Part shown: positions 49,266 to 60,171 of the stretch, one piece after another
How positions within the stretch are numbered: position 1 is the first letter of the stretch
Layout of the letters: every line of letters begins with the position of its first letter
Assembly: GCA_965198175.1 (NCBI GenBank)
Contig: OZ240245.1
Span: 1,664,001-1,728,000 of the forward strand
Origin: Candidatus Poribacteria bacterium
GTDB taxonomy: Bacteria > Poribacteria > WGA-4E > PCPOR2b
Reading direction: 5' to 3'
Length of the DNA: 64,000 nucleotides
Program-made: the position numbers and the translations under genes
Notes under the pieces: generated by a model
Seen by the model: the letters and a program-made list of their open reading frames with translations, nothing else
Databases searched by the model: none
Told to the model about the DNA's origin: nothing

Positions 49266-49814
49266 TTATAACCGTTCCAAGACAAAACACACTTCAAGCG
49301 TACGTAGCATCGCAAAAGTATCATAGCACTTGACGCCGAACTGTTGGCAAACGTTGGGAAGAGGCACTCTTTTTTTTACATCCGCGCTGAACACTTCGTG
49401 CGTAACAACCACGTTGTTATAGACTTTCGCGTAAGCCGCAACCCATCCATCAGCTACTCTGGCGAACTTCTCTTTTGCTTGAGGCTGGAACTGCTCATTT
49501 TCCCTTACCCATTTGTTCATTTCCATGAAGGTATTTATAATCGATTCCTCCGCTGTAGATACAAAGAGATCGTCCGGTGCCTGCTTCGCCCACTTCGATA
49601 GTTGATCCGGATTAGGGTTCATTCCTTGAGATTGATTTGGGTTCGCGATTATTTCTCCACCGACTCGATCAATACTCCTCACACGATTCTCGTAGCAATA
49701 ATGTGTCAAGCATTTCCAGAATCCTGGACACAAGTCCAATGCGTAGTAGCGGCGATGTGCCTCTATAAAGACATTTGTATCCAGTACGAACAAGGGGCGA
49801 CGGTTGTTCATCAA
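49266..49814 (-). CDS. DUF4411 family PIN-like protein
   Basis: LDTNVFIEA..YY..D.CPGFW, AD.W..AYA, VVTHE, P.VC. Confidence 0.8.
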   Translation of the reverse strand: MMNNRRPLFVLDTNVFIEAHRRYYALDLCPGFWKCLTHYCYENRVRSIDRVGGEIIANPNQSQGMNPNPDQLSKWAKQAPDDLFVSTAEESIINTFMEMNKWVRENEQFQPQAKEKFARVADGWVAAYAKVYNNVVVTHEVFSADVKKRVPLPNVCQQFGVKCYDTFAMLRTLEVCFVLERL

Positions 49815-50965
49815 ATCGGCACCCCTAGCTTCTCAGGTATGTTTTCGAAGGTTTCTCCCTTCAACCCGGTCAGGTTGTACGCCTCGCGATAGAGCAAACG
49901 CCCTTCCCTAACCGCTCGCACAATTGCCGTGGCAAATCGGGGCCCTATACGCCATTTTTGCGTATTCCAAAAGTGTCCGCCATCTGATTCGTCCTGCGAT
50001 GCCTTAGCCTTGTATTGGCGATAGAACTTTACGAAAGCATCCGATTGAATCAATTTGAGATCGAACGCACGTCGTGCAGCCACCACAGGACTCACCTTGA
50101 ATCTGCGGGCAATAGCCTGATAAGGATTGTTCGTGCCTGCTTGTGACCAGAAAGCGCGTAAATCCTCCTCCGGCACCAGAAATTCTGCCGCAGTCTCGTC
50201 GCAAAACTGTTCAGTGTCATCTGAATCCGGCTGAAGTTCTTGGAAAGTAGAAACGCCGCTCTTGGCGATGAAGAGGTGAGCTAGCTCGTGAGCCAAAGTA
50301 AACATCTGCGAGGCTTTGAGATCAGCGCCATTTACAAATACGAGTGGTGCATACTCATCCGCGAGGGCAAGGCCCTGAAATTCATCCGGATCAAGCGCTC
50401 GTTGCGTGTTGTTACCCACCACGCCGTTAAAACAAACCAGCACGCCAGCGGCATCAAGCCGATCTAGGAGCAATCTGAGCGCATCGCTCCAGGTGCGCTG
50501 CGTTTCTGCCAACCCATCGGTAAGTTGGAGAGTCGTGCGCATAGCGCTTGCAACGTCCTGAGGTTGGGAATGCAACCCGTAAGTTCCGACAAAATTCAGC
50601 GTTTCAACCCCGTCTTCAATGAGTTCATCACGCATCCACGCTTGCCGCCGCTGCATCAGATAAACCGTCTCAAGCAGATCGGGGCTTGGCGGCGGAGTGC
50701 CCTTTCGTGTTCGAAAGTCGGCGATTGGCAAACGCTCCTCAAGCGGTTCCTTTAAGTATAGAAACCCCAAAGGCGTATAGGTGTGCTTGGCGAGCTTGTC
50801 CACCTGTGCAACGCTAATCAGCCCATCGCGCTCCCACTTCAACACGCGCTCATGCCGTTTCACGCCCATCTTCTTCGCCAATTCTTCGGGCTGGAGTCTG
50901 GCTCGCTCTCGTGCCCAACGCAACACGTCAGGCTGCAATGTTATTTGTAAGCGTCGACCACTCAT
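49811..50965 (-). CDS. HTH + ImmA/IrrE family Zn metallopeptidase
   Basis: N-terminal HTH (LRWARER), FTLAHELAH, F.VS; 4-nt overlap with the DUF4411 gene. Confidence 0.88.
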   Translation of the reverse strand: MSGRRLQITLQPDVLRWARERARLQPEELAKKMGVKRHERVLKWERDGLISVAQVDKLAKHTYTPLGFLYLKEPLEERLPIADFRTRKGTPPPSPDLLETVYLMQRRQAWMRDELIEDGVETLNFVGTYGLHSQPQDVASAMRTTLQLTDGLAETQRTWSDALRLLLDRLDAAGVLVCFNGVVGNNTQRALDPDEFQGLALADEYAPLVFVNGADLKASQMFTLAHELAHLFIAKSGVSTFQELQPDSDDTEQFCDETAAEFLVPEEDLRAFWSQAGTNNPYQAIARRFKVSPVVAARRAFDLKLIQSDAFVKFYRQYKAKASQDESDGGHFWNTQKWRIGPRFATAIVRAVREGRLLYREAYNLTGLKGETFENIPEKLGVPI

Positions 50966-50983
50966 GGTTCACCTAACCTCTAC

Positions 50984-53900
50984 CTAACTCCGGAGATTGA
51001 CGTGTTCTTCAATCATGTTGTTGAACTCGGCTTCGACTTTGGCTTCAAAGTCCGACTCAATCTCGTAAACATCCGTAAACTCCGCAAATTCCCAGCGACC
51101 GTAGCTGCCGTGGCGATTCACGCCGGGCACCCAGTACGTTTCCATTGTGGATTTCTTGTCCTTGGCGTCCTCTCCGCGATAGCCTTTGATTTCAACGATG
51201 AGGTGTAAGGGGTTGTCGTCTCCTTTGCCGTCGTCAACGAGGACGATAAAGTCCGGAATGTACGTCCGCGTTTCGGATCCGTAGCGGTAAGGAACCTCAA
51301 GACCGAGGTTGTGGTTCTTGACGTAGGCTTTGACGCGCGGATGGGATTCCGCGACGCGGCAAAATTCCGCCTCCCAGTCGCTATCTAGGATGACCCAGTT
51401 GATGTGGCAGCGGCGAGAATCCGTTTCATAGCGGTCTGTCTTGGAGGTGCTGAAATTGACGTGAGCGGTAGAGCCGACAGGGTTGTACGGGTCGAGTACC
51501 GCTTTGACGGGACGCTCGCCGATTTCCTTTCGCGTGATGGCAGCCATAATGCGTTCGCATGCCATGTCAGCCAACTCTTGGTACATGAGTTGGGCAGGGA
51601 AGGTTCCCCCCTTGCACACGAGATAGTTGTCGATCCACTGTTTGGTGATGCGCTTGAGTTGCCCAAAGAGGTGGAAGTTGGGTTCACCGCCCGGATCGCG
51701 CCACTTTGTGATGAGCAGCCGTTGCGTGAGATTAAGCAGCAGCGTTGAGTTCCGAAGGTCGCCGGTGTGAACCAGATTGAGATCGACTCCTTCGCCGATG
51801 ATGCCTTGATTCTGTGTCTTCGACGGACCAACCAGATCCGGACTAAGTTCCAGCACCGAATCCTCGTTAAAGTCAGCCTCGAGCCGCTCCTCGGACAATT
51901 CCACGCGATAGCCTGCCACCCGCGGGAATCGGATTTCAAGCGCATCCCGCTCGGGCCGCATCGCCTTCACTTGAATCGTCGGTTTAGGCGGTATGGGTCG
52001 GACAACCACAGGCTTCGCCGTGAAATCGAAGGGTATCCCCAATACATCCGCGTATTCCACATCAAACAAGCCTTCGTCGTTGAGATCGTAGGATTGCCGC
52101 CGCAGCGCGCGACCGACGACCTGCTCGCAGAGCAACTGCGTCCCAAAAGCGCGAACGCCGAGTACGTGGCTCACGGTCTTGGCATCCCATCCTTCGGTGA
52201 GCATAGAGACCGACACGACGCAGCGAATCGAATCCCCGAGAGTTCCCGGTTTGCCAACCGTGTTCATGACTTCACGCAGGAGAGCTTGGTCAGTGATTTT
52301 GTCGGCTTCCTCGCGATTGCCGGTGCGCTCAATAATCTCGCGCCGAAACCGCTCAATCTCGTCGCTCGCCATCTTGCGGAAGTTTTTATCTAGCGCGTCG
52401 CCGGACTCCAACTGTTCGCTGTCGATTAGCAGCGTGCGGGGTCGGGGGTACTGATTGCCGTATTCGTCGAAGTTGCGAAACAGTTCGAGCCGTCCGGCTA
52501 CTGGCGCTGTTGAGCCATCGTCGTTTTCACGGTGGAAACCGGAAATGTAATCGTAGACCAGCTTGGATGTCGACGTGTTGTTGCAGACGACAATGAAGCA
52601 GGGCGGAACCTCGATGCCGGCGTCTTGCATGAGTTCGAAGGTCTTCGCATAGTGCCCGTATAACGCTGCAAGCGCCGTTTGGAGTACCACCGGCAGACTC
52701 AGCGGATCAAGATTTTTGGCTTTACCCCGCCCTTTCTTTGGCATGTCGGCGCTTATATTTTTCCACAACTCGCGAAACTTGGGCATGTCGCCGCCGGGGA
52801 TGTTGTCTGCTACCGGCACCCGCGGTAGTTTGACAATCCCGCATTCGATGGCATCCATGAGCGAGAAGTCGCTCATCGTCCATGGGAACAAGGTGCCCTC
52901 GGCATAACCTGAGCCGCGCAGGAAAAACGGCGTCGCCGATAGATCCATCACGCGGTTGATGCCGAGCCTCTTGCCTACCATCTCAAGCCCCGAAATCCAG
53001 AGGCGGGCTGCTTCCGTGTTCTTCTTGGCTTCCTGCCTGTCATCCGCAGTGAGTTTTTCCTCGTCCGGTTCGCCCGGCTTCTCGCGGTAGCAGTGGTGCG
53101 CTTCATCGTTGAGAACCATGAGATTCTTAATCCCCATGAGTTCGGGCATCACCCGCTGCAGCATTTGTCCCGCGGTTTCGGTGGTCGCGATTGGCTTCCC
53201 GCGTCCCTGAAGCAGAGCACGCCCACCCTTTGAGAGTTCTGTACGCTCGCGCAGCTTGAAAGCATGATAGTTCGTGATGACAATCTTCGCCTTTTCCAAG
53301 TCGGGAAGCATGTCGCTTGGCAACAACTCGCGGCTCCGGTAGTAGCTGTCCGGATCGTTGGGCTGCAGCACACGCAAGCGATCCTTTATGGTGATTCCGG
53401 GCGTAACCACCAAGAAACCGCGGGTGAACCTTCCGCTCTGCGGATGCCGGGCGGCGTTAACCGTTTGCCAAGCGATTAACATCGCCATGACGGTGGTCTT
53501 TCCGGCGCCCGTCGCTAGCTTGAGCGCCAGCCGTGACAGCTCCAGATTGGTGTCGTTATTGGCGTTCTTGAGGTGCTCAAGGAAGCGATTGCGAGCTTGG
53601 GCGATTCGTGGCGCAACCTCGATGAGCCAAATGGCGGTCTCAAGTGCTTCAACTTGGCAGAAGAAAGGTCGGATGCCGCTGAATTGGTGGTGGCGCCAGT
53701 GCTGAAGCAGTCGTGCAGTTTCAGGCGTCACCTGCCATTGGTTTGGGTTCGGCATGTTTCGCCACTGTTCAACGTGGCGGCGTACCTCATTGATAATCGC
53801 TGTAGGATCGTACTGCTGCTCCTGTGTTGAAAGCCCCTTCCCCTCGTCGAATACAATCTCCGTTTGGTTTGGGGAGGATTTCCTTCGCTTCTTCGGCTTG

Positions 53901-54043
53901 GGCACCGGCGTGATGAAATCTGCCCGCCTTCGGTTGTCTATTCTATTCTGGGTTGGCTGTCCCGTCTCATCTAGCTCCCAGTGACGGCTTGGGGGCTCGT
54001 ATGGCGAGTTGAGGATGGGATGATCAAAGAATGGATTCGACAT
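50984..54043 (-). CDS. res: Type III restriction endonuclease Res subunit
   Basis: ATGAGKT, DEAHH, SATP, EGWD, QVVGRALRR, C-terminal PDF...EIKG. Confidence 0.9.
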   Translation of the reverse strand: MSNPFFDHPILNSPYEPPSRHWELDETGQPTQNRIDNRRRADFITPVPKPKKRRKSSPNQTEIVFDEGKGLSTQEQQYDPTAIINEVRRHVEQWRNMPNPNQWQVTPETARLLQHWRHHQFSGIRPFFCQVEALETAIWLIEVAPRIAQARNRFLEHLKNANNDTNLELSRLALKLATGAGKTTVMAMLIAWQTVNAARHPQSGRFTRGFLVVTPGITIKDRLRVLQPNDPDSYYRSRELLPSDMLPDLEKAKIVITNYHAFKLRERTELSKGGRALLQGRGKPIATTETAGQMLQRVMPELMGIKNLMVLNDEAHHCYREKPGEPDEEKLTADDRQEAKKNTEAARLWISGLEMVGKRLGINRVMDLSATPFFLRGSGYAEGTLFPWTMSDFSLMDAIECGIVKLPRVPVADNIPGGDMPKFRELWKNISADMPKKGRGKAKNLDPLSLPVVLQTALAALYGHYAKTFELMQDAGIEVPPCFIVVCNNTSTSKLVYDYISGFHRENDDGSTAPVAGRLELFRNFDEYGNQYPRPRTLLIDSEQLESGDALDKNFRKMASDEIERFRREIIERTGNREEADKITDQALLREVMNTVGKPGTLGDSIRCVVSVSMLTEGWDAKTVSHVLGVRAFGTQLLCEQVVGRALRRQSYDLNDEGLFDVEYADVLGIPFDFTAKPVVVRPIPPKPTIQVKAMRPERDALEIRFPRVAGYRVELSEERLEADFNEDSVLELSPDLVGPSKTQNQGIIGEGVDLNLVHTGDLRNSTLLLNLTQRLLITKWRDPGGEPNFHLFGQLKRITKQWIDNYLVCKGGTFPAQLMYQELADMACERIMAAITRKEIGERPVKAVLDPYNPVGSTAHVNFSTSKTDRYETDSRRCHINWVILDSDWEAEFCRVAESHPRVKAYVKNHNLGLEVPYRYGSETRTYIPDFIVLVDDGKGDDNPLHLIVEIKGYRGEDAKDKKSTMETYWVPGVNRHGSYGRWEFAEFTDVYEIESDFEAKVEAEFNNMIEEHVNLRS

Positions 54044-54143
54044 TGGAAATTACCGTTAGATTCGGCGTTTCTCTCGCGTACGGTATTACATTCGCAAAAC
54101 CACTGGCTGAATGCGTATCTTCTAGATTCTGACGATGTTTGAA

Positions 54144-54173
54144 ATTATAGCAGGTATGGCGTTTGAGATTCAA
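54144..54173 (-). promoter_or_regulatory. sigma70-type promoter for res (divergent from a promoter at 54203-54231)
   Basis: TTGAAT-18nt-TATAAT with extended TG on minus; TTGAGC-17nt-TATAAT on plus. Confidence 0.5.
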
Positions 54174-54262
54174 GGATGAACTGAAAGCGATTCGGTTTTC
54201 TGTTGAGCCGCGGCGGTATCTCTGTTATAATCTGTGTTGACAAAACCGTGAAGGAGATCGCA

Positions 54263-55213
54263 ATGAAAATTGTAATCGCACAAGCTCAAAACCGTGACCT
54301 AGTGGATCGCATCCAGCAGATAGCTCGCGCACATCCGGAGCAAGAGATAGAAGTCACACTCGCCTCATCTCGAGAGGAGTTGCTCAGAGAAGTTGAAGAT
54401 GCTGAGATTCTTTTTCCCGTCTTCGATCGGGAGTTGTTCCTGAAGGCGCGAAAATTGAAATGGGTGCAGACCTACAGCGCCGGTGTCGATATGTACCTGT
54501 GTCCCGAATTCATTGAGAGCGATGTTGTTCTCACGTCTGGCAAAGGCTTCGTTGGGATTCATCTGGCGGAACACGCCTTCGGACTGCTGCTCGCTTTGAC
54601 CCGCGGCATTGCGCCCGCCGTTCATCACCGCAAGTGGGGCGGCTATCCGTTTGAAAGCCAGGAGTTGTACGGAAAAGTAATGGGCGTCCTCGGTTTTGGT
54701 GGAACCGGGCGGGAAGCCGCAGTGCGTGCACATGCCTTCGGGATGGAAGTTCTCGCGATTGACATCAATGATGTCCCAATACCGGACTTTATTGAGGAGA
54801 TTTGGGGACTCGATCAGCTACCGAGACTCCTCCGCGAATCCGACGTAGTGATGATTGGGTTGCCGTTGACTGAGCAGACGCGAGGGTTGTTCAACCGGAA
54901 AACGTTCCAGCAGATGAAACGGACAGCATATCTAATTAATGTCACACGCGGGCAGATTATGGATATGGATGGGTTAATTGAGGCGCTACAGGAAGGCGGG
55001 ATTGCCGGCGCGGGGCTGGATGTCGTACCCGAAGAGCCACTGCCGCCGGACAACCCGCTCTGGGGCATGGAAAACGTCGTTATCACACCGCACTGCGCGG
55101 GCGCATCTCCGATACGACTAGAGCGGAGTTGGGATCAGTTCATAGAAAACTTATCTCGGTGGATAAACGGAGAACCCTTGTTGGGCACGTTTAATCGGAA
55201 ACAGGGATTCTAG
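54263..55213 (+). CDS. D-2-hydroxyacid dehydrogenase family
   Basis: GFGGTG, INVTRG, LDV..EP, TPH.AG; AAGGAG SD. Confidence 0.9.
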   Translation: MKIVIAQAQNRDLVDRIQQIARAHPEQEIEVTLASSREELLREVEDAEILFPVFDRELFLKARKLKWVQTYSAGVDMYLCPEFIESDVVLTSGKGFVGIHLAEHAFGLLLALTRGIAPAVHHRKWGGYPFESQELYGKVMGVLGFGGTGREAAVRAHAFGMEVLAIDINDVPIPDFIEEIWGLDQLPRLLRESDVVMIGLPLTEQTRGLFNRKTFQQMKRTAYLINVTRGQIMDMDGLIEALQEGGIAGAGLDVVPEEPLPPDNPLWGMENVVITPHCAGASPIRLERSWDQFIENLSRWINGEPLLGTFNRKQGF

Positions 55214-55228
55214 CACGCGCTTCACACA

Positions 55229-56137
55229 TCACTCTTCCTGCACGAGCGATTGACACAACTCCCTTGCTTCTTCTAGTTCCTCCGCTTGACCGTGTCGGAC
55301 TTCGATGACCTTGAGAACGTCTGATGGGATCTGTGCCATAATCGCCTTGAATTCAAGATCGCCGAAGCCGGGGGGATAATGGACTTCGAGGTCTTTGAGA
55401 TCGTGCAGGTTGACGCCGATGAGATGGTCTTTGTACTCCTCCAGCCAACGATGTGACCAACAGAGCCCAATGCGTTCTTGCAGAGCCGCATGTCCGACAT
55501 CATGCCAATATCGCATATTGCTTCCTTCAAACTTTTCCAGGAACATCCCCATCTCATCGAAATTTGGGATTTGATAGTAGCATGGTCGATTTTCAACCGC
55601 TAGATGGAGGTCCATCCGTAGCGCCAGTTCATTTAAGGCGTCGAGGCTGAAGAGCGCGGCGTCCTGATGTTTGGCTTGCTTGCGTTCACGCCAGTCGGTT
55701 GCCTCCGCAACCTTGCGACTGAATGCCTCAAATTCCCGCTCCCCGTATTCGTAGAGATCTGTCATCAGGTAAGACCGATCATGGGTATCCACTTCCCCTA
55801 GATGGAGCACAACAATCGGGATCTCAAGATCGACAGCCAGTTCCATCGTTCGGATGGTCCACTTGAGCGCTTCGTTCCGCTCATTCACGTCCAGACTAGA
55901 CAAGTGAACTGGATCGTTTTCCGCTTCAGATTGCGGGATGTTGGGGAGAACGGGACAGAAATTATGGACGGAACACGGCTTCGTCTGCTTCAAATGTGGT
56001 TTGAGCTGTTCAAGCTGCTCCCTCGTTAGGTGTCGGCTTAGTTCGATGGTACTAAATCCGAGGTCTTTGAGTTCATCAATCATCGCTGCCCCATCGGATT
56101 GATTTGTCGCATTCCACATTGTCGAAATAGCTATCAT
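55229..56137 (-). CDS. Sugar phosphate isomerase/epimerase-like TIM-barrel protein
   Basis: VVLHLG, AVEN, HDVGH, NLHD, VIEV. Confidence 0.75.
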   Translation of the reverse strand: MIAISTMWNATNQSDGAAMIDELKDLGFSTIELSRHLTREQLEQLKPHLKQTKPCSVHNFCPVLPNIPQSEAENDPVHLSSLDVNERNEALKWTIRTMELAVDLEIPIVVLHLGEVDTHDRSYLMTDLYEYGEREFEAFSRKVAEATDWRERKQAKHQDAALFSLDALNELALRMDLHLAVENRPCYYQIPNFDEMGMFLEKFEGSNMRYWHDVGHAALQERIGLCWSHRWLEEYKDHLIGVNLHDLKDLEVHYPPGFGDLEFKAIMAQIPSDVLKVIEVRHGQAEELEEARELCQSLVQEE

Positions 56138-56138
56138 C

Positions 56139-56747
56139 TTAGGCTTCTTTCACCGTGACCTTTCGACCGACAATTTCGAGCTTACGTTCCGCATACCATT
56201 TAACCACTTTCGGGTAAATCTGATGCTCTTCAATCTGAATTCGTGCGTGCAGGCTTTCCTCGTTATCATTGTCGTATACAGGAACCGAAACTTGGGCGAT
56301 AATAGGACCGGTATCGAGCCCCTCATCTACAAAATGGACGGTCGTCCCGCTGACTTTGACCCCATAAGCCAGGGCATCGGGTAACGGATGTGCGCCCGGG
56401 AAGGCGGGCAGCAGCGATGGATGGATATTGATGATGCAGTTACGATACTTTTGCACAAACTTTGGCTGAAGCACCTTCATAAAACCTGCTAAGACAATCA
56501 GTTCTGCTTCGTAGTCGTCAATAACTCTTGAAATCTCTGCATCAAACGCATTTCGATCTGGAAAATCTCGTAGCCTTACCACATGGGTGGGGATGCCCGC
56601 TTGCCTCGCACGGGTGAGCGCGTAGGCAGTTGGTCGATCGCTAATCACCACGGAAATCTCAATGTCACACGTGGTATCTCTGTGCAGCTGATCGATTAAG
56701 ACTTGTAGATTGCTGCCGCTGCCAGAGACTAAGACTGCGATTTTCAT
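56139..56747 (-). CDS. purN: Phosphoribosylglycinamide formyltransferase
   Basis: SGSGSNLQ, LAGFM, INIHPSLLP.FPG, G.TVHFV..GLDTGPII. Confidence 0.95.
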   Translation of the reverse strand: MKIAVLVSGSGSNLQVLIDQLHRDTTCDIEISVVISDRPTAYALTRARQAGIPTHVVRLRDFPDRNAFDAEISRVIDDYEAELIVLAGFMKVLQPKFVQKYRNCIINIHPSLLPAFPGAHPLPDALAYGVKVSGTTVHFVDEGLDTGPIIAQVSVPVYDNDNEESLHARIQIEEHQIYPKVVKWYAERKLEIVGRKVTVKEA

Positions 56748-57037
56748 GGTTTTTGATTTACATCCTTCCGGTTAGCGAAAATAACAGGTTGAACCCCGTT
56801 TGTGGGCAGTTTCATACAACGATTGTAACGGCGTTTTATTGTAGCACAAGGGTAAATCTGAGTAAAGCGATTTCAGCCCTTTTTTGTTTGACCCCATCTA
56901 CGACAGAGTGATATAATCAGCGCCGTTCCTATGACCGATGAGAAGAATGAACAGGTGCCCGAAACCAACGGAACCACAAGATTTCAGGCTTTGGGCAACT
57001 TGGTTCCTCAGTTGATACTACCTTGCAAGGAAGGTTC

Positions 57038-57844
57038 ATGATGCAAACATCTGCAATCGGAACAATCGAAAAGTTTCGACTTGATGATAAAGTCAGCATT
57101 GTTACCGGCGCAAGTCGCGGAATCGGGTTAGCAATGGCGGAGGGGCTTGCTGGGGCGGGTTCGGATCTCGTCATTGTTGGTAGAAGATTAGAGACGCTTG
57201 GATCGGTTGCTGAACGCATTGCGAGTGACAGCGGTCGACACGTGATGCCGATTCAAGCTGATGTCGGCAATCTTGATGATATTGGTCGGATCGTTAGGCA
57301 GACGATAGATCGGTTTGGCAAGATTAACGTTCTCGTAAACAATGCAGGAATCAACGTGCGTCGTCCCGCTGAAGCGTACACCGAAGCTGACTGGGATACC
57401 GTTACAAATGTGAACATCAAAGGAACCTTCTTCCTTACGCAGGCTTGTGGGCAAGTGATGATTCAGCAAAAAGCGGGAAAAATTATCAACAACCTTTCAT
57501 TAGCCTCCGCGATTGGTCTGCCTACTATCACAGCGTACACTGCTTCCAAAGGCGGATTGATGCAAATCACAAAGCTGCTAGCGGTGGAATGGGCGCTCCA
57601 TAATATTCAAGTCAATGGAATCGCCCCCGGTTTCATCCGAACCGCGCTCACTGAACCGATGCGAGCGGATATGCGAAACCAGTGGGTATTAAATCGCACA
57701 CCTGCCAATCGCTGGGGAGAGCCGGAGGATCTCGTCGGCTTGACGATATTCTTAGCATCTGAAGCTTCTAATTTCGTAACTGGCGAGGTAATCTTCGTTG
57801 ATGGCGGTTATATGGCAGGGAGTGATTGGCGGTACCAGGCATGA
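57038..57844 (+). CDS. Short-chain dehydrogenase (gluconate 5-dehydrogenase/KduD-like)
   Basis: TGASRGIG, NNAG, YTASK, NGIAPG. Confidence 0.88.
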   Translation: MMQTSAIGTIEKFRLDDKVSIVTGASRGIGLAMAEGLAGAGSDLVIVGRRLETLGSVAERIASDSGRHVMPIQADVGNLDDIGRIVRQTIDRFGKINVLVNNAGINVRRPAEAYTEADWDTVTNVNIKGTFFLTQACGQVMIQQKAGKIINNLSLASAIGLPTITAYTASKGGLMQITKLLAVEWALHNIQVNGIAPGFIRTALTEPMRADMRNQWVLNRTPANRWGEPEDLVGLTIFLASEASNFVTGEVIFVDGGYMAGSDWRYQA

Positions 57845-57974
57845 AAAACGAACAAGCGAGATATGCAGATGCGCAACTCAACTTCCTCGCAAATACGAAC
57901 TAATTTTGTAAAAGCGAACGATAGATGCACACATGTCAGTATCCATGTGGATTCTTCAATCTTAAAATTTAATT

Positions 57975-58949
57975 ATGCTGCTTCGTGTGAATAACCTAAA
58001 AACCTATTTTGATACAGACGATGGTATTGTTCCCGCTGTCGATGACGTTAGTTTCACACTGGACGAAGGGGAGACACTTGGCATTGTCGGTGAATCAGGA
58101 TGCGGTAAAAGTATGACTGCACTTTCGATATTGCGTCTTGTGCCACCCCCCGGACAAATTGTGGCTGGGGAGATTTGGTTGAAGGGTGAGGACCTGCTTG
58201 CCCGAAAAGAATCCGAAATGCGCAAAATTCGCGGAAATGAAATTTCAATCGTCTTCCAGGAACCGATGACTTCACTAAATCCTGTACTCACTGTCGGCGA
58301 CCAAATTGCTGAGACAATTAGACATCATCAAGGTCTAGATAAAAAAACAGCGTGGCAAAAGAGCATCGAATCCCTTGCCGCTGTCAGCATTCCCACGCCC
58401 AAGGAGCGTGTGCATGATTATCCCCATCAGATGAGCGGCGGCATGCGCCAACGCATTATGATTGCGATGGCGATTTCCTGCTCCCCTTCCCTCCTCATTG
58501 CCGACGAACCGACAACCGCATTGGACGTCACGATCCAAGCACAGATTCTTGATTTAATCAGCCAACTTCAAGACGAAATGGGCATGGCAGTGTTGCTGAT
58601 TACCCATAATCTCGGTGTGATTTCAGAGGTAGCACACCGAGTTTTAGTCATGTACGCAGGGCAAATCGTGGAAAGCGCAAACGTCGACAAGCTATTTGAA
58701 CGGGCGTGCCACCCCTATACCAAAGGATTACTGAGCGCTGTTCCCAAGTTAACGGGAAGCGCCGACCGTCTGGTCGCAATCCAAGGCAGTGTTCCAGAGC
58801 CCACGCAAATGCCTAACGGTTGTCGGTTTGCGTCACGATGTGGGTTTGCAACTGATCAATGCAGGAGTGAAATGCCTAAATTGGAGCCGGTTGATTCGGA
58901 TCAGATGGTGCGTTGTTTTGAATGGCGGCAAGCTATGCAGGCGAACTGA
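57975..58949 (+). CDS. Oligopeptide/dipeptide ABC transporter ATP-binding subunit (OppD/DppD-like)
   Basis: [29 protein letters not shown]-terminal Cys cluster. Confidence 0.9.
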   Translation: MLLRVNNLKTYFDTDDGIVPAVDDVSFTLDEGETLGIVGESGCGKSMTALSILRLVPPPGQIVAGEIWLKGEDLLARKESEMRKIRGNEISIVFQEPMTSLNPVLTVGDQIAETIRHHQGLDKKTAWQKSIESLAAVSIPTPKERVHDYPHQMSGGMRQRIMIAMAISCSPSLLIADEPTTALDVTIQAQILDLISQLQDEMGMAVLLITHNLGVISEVAHRVLVMYAGQIVESANVDKLFERACHPYTKGLLSAVPKLTGSADRLVAIQGSVPEPTQMPNGCRFASRCGFATDQCRSEMPKLEPVDSDQMVRCFEWRQAMQAN

Positions 58950-59153
58950 CACATCGGTGGGCCTGAATCGGATGATAAGCGGAACGCACATTGTTTGCGT
59001 TTTGCAAGGGGCGATGTTACCGTATAAAGCATTCGCCTACAGCGAATATTGCCAATTGGTCACGCGACGATCGGATTAACGGAACTGCCCTCTAAATCGA
59101 CGCTGCGAGAGAATATCTTACAACGTCAAGAATGGCGCTCTTGAACCCCATCG

Positions 59154-59990
59154 TTAAATTGGTCTCAAACGATTTTGGATTGAACCCAACGTTGGTATGT
59201 TTGTTGTATGTGCTCCTTCGACAGCGAATGAGGCTGCGCAGTGGGCAAAATTGAGAGCCTCCTGCGGTAACCGAGTTTCATAATATTTGATTAGGAAGGC
59301 GGCAGCAAAAACGTCGCCAGCACCTGTAGGGTCAACTTCATTCGCAGGATAGGCTTGGGAGCCCAAAATCCGACCATTTTCATAAAGAGTCGCGCCATAC
59401 TTTCCCTTTGTTACAACGACAATTCTTGTCAACTCAATATATTTCTCAAGCTCATCGGGATATGCGCTCAAGTCCTCGTCACTCAAGATTAGCACGTCAG
59501 CATACGGCAAAATAGCAGGAGCGGAATCCCATCGCTTGGGGCGAACAACTTGCGAGTCGCCATCCCGCTGCCGCATCCAACCTTGCGGCGTGACACCGAT
59601 TAAGGCGCAATTGAGGCTGTGGATACAATCCGGATCAACTTCATCGGCGATTGGACACAAATAAGCAACTTCTGCGTTACAGGAATCTCCCGCGATGTTG
59701 TGCGGCATCAATCTGGTACCCAGAGCTAAGATTAATTGTTGACGACCACCATCTACGTCATACCGGTTATCGAAGATAGTCGTGTTTGACGATTCTTGGT
59801 AAATCACTTCGACGCCATCCAACGTCGGATTCTGTTGGTCAAAATCACTGCCTACAGCCGTAATGGCGTGTGCACGACAGCCAAGATTTCGTGCGGTAAT
59901 CGTCGAATATGCCGCCGAACCCCCAAGAACATAACCACAGGATGAAACATCATAACAAAAGTGTCCGATGGCGAGGAACGTTGGTGTCAT
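59154..59990 (-). CDS. PfkB family carbohydrate kinase
   Basis: LGGSAAY, DPTGAGDVF; ATG 59990 preferred. Confidence 0.85.
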   Translation of the reverse strand: MTPTFLAIGHFCYDVSSCGYVLGGSAAYSTITARNLGCRAHAITAVGSDFDQQNPTLDGVEVIYQESSNTTIFDNRYDVDGGRQQLILALGTRLMPHNIAGDSCNAEVAYLCPIADEVDPDCIHSLNCALIGVTPQGWMRQRDGDSQVVRPKRWDSAPAILPYADVLILSDEDLSAYPDELEKYIELTRIVVVTKGKYGATLYENGRILGSQAYPANEVDPTGAGDVFAAAFLIKYYETRLPQEALNFAHCAASFAVEGAHTTNIPTLGSIQNRLRPI

Positions 59991-60171
59991 TTTCCTGCTT
60001 AGCCTGCGTAAATCCCTTAAGTAGCCTCGCGTTACTGATGAAGCGAGATGAGTTGGCGACCTCAACGGATTAGGAGGTGGAAACGAACTCTGAAACTCAA
60101 CTCATCTATCTCCTTCTGATTGTGGGAATCCAACAAACATCAGCATTCCCAACTTATCTGGTCATTTGATA

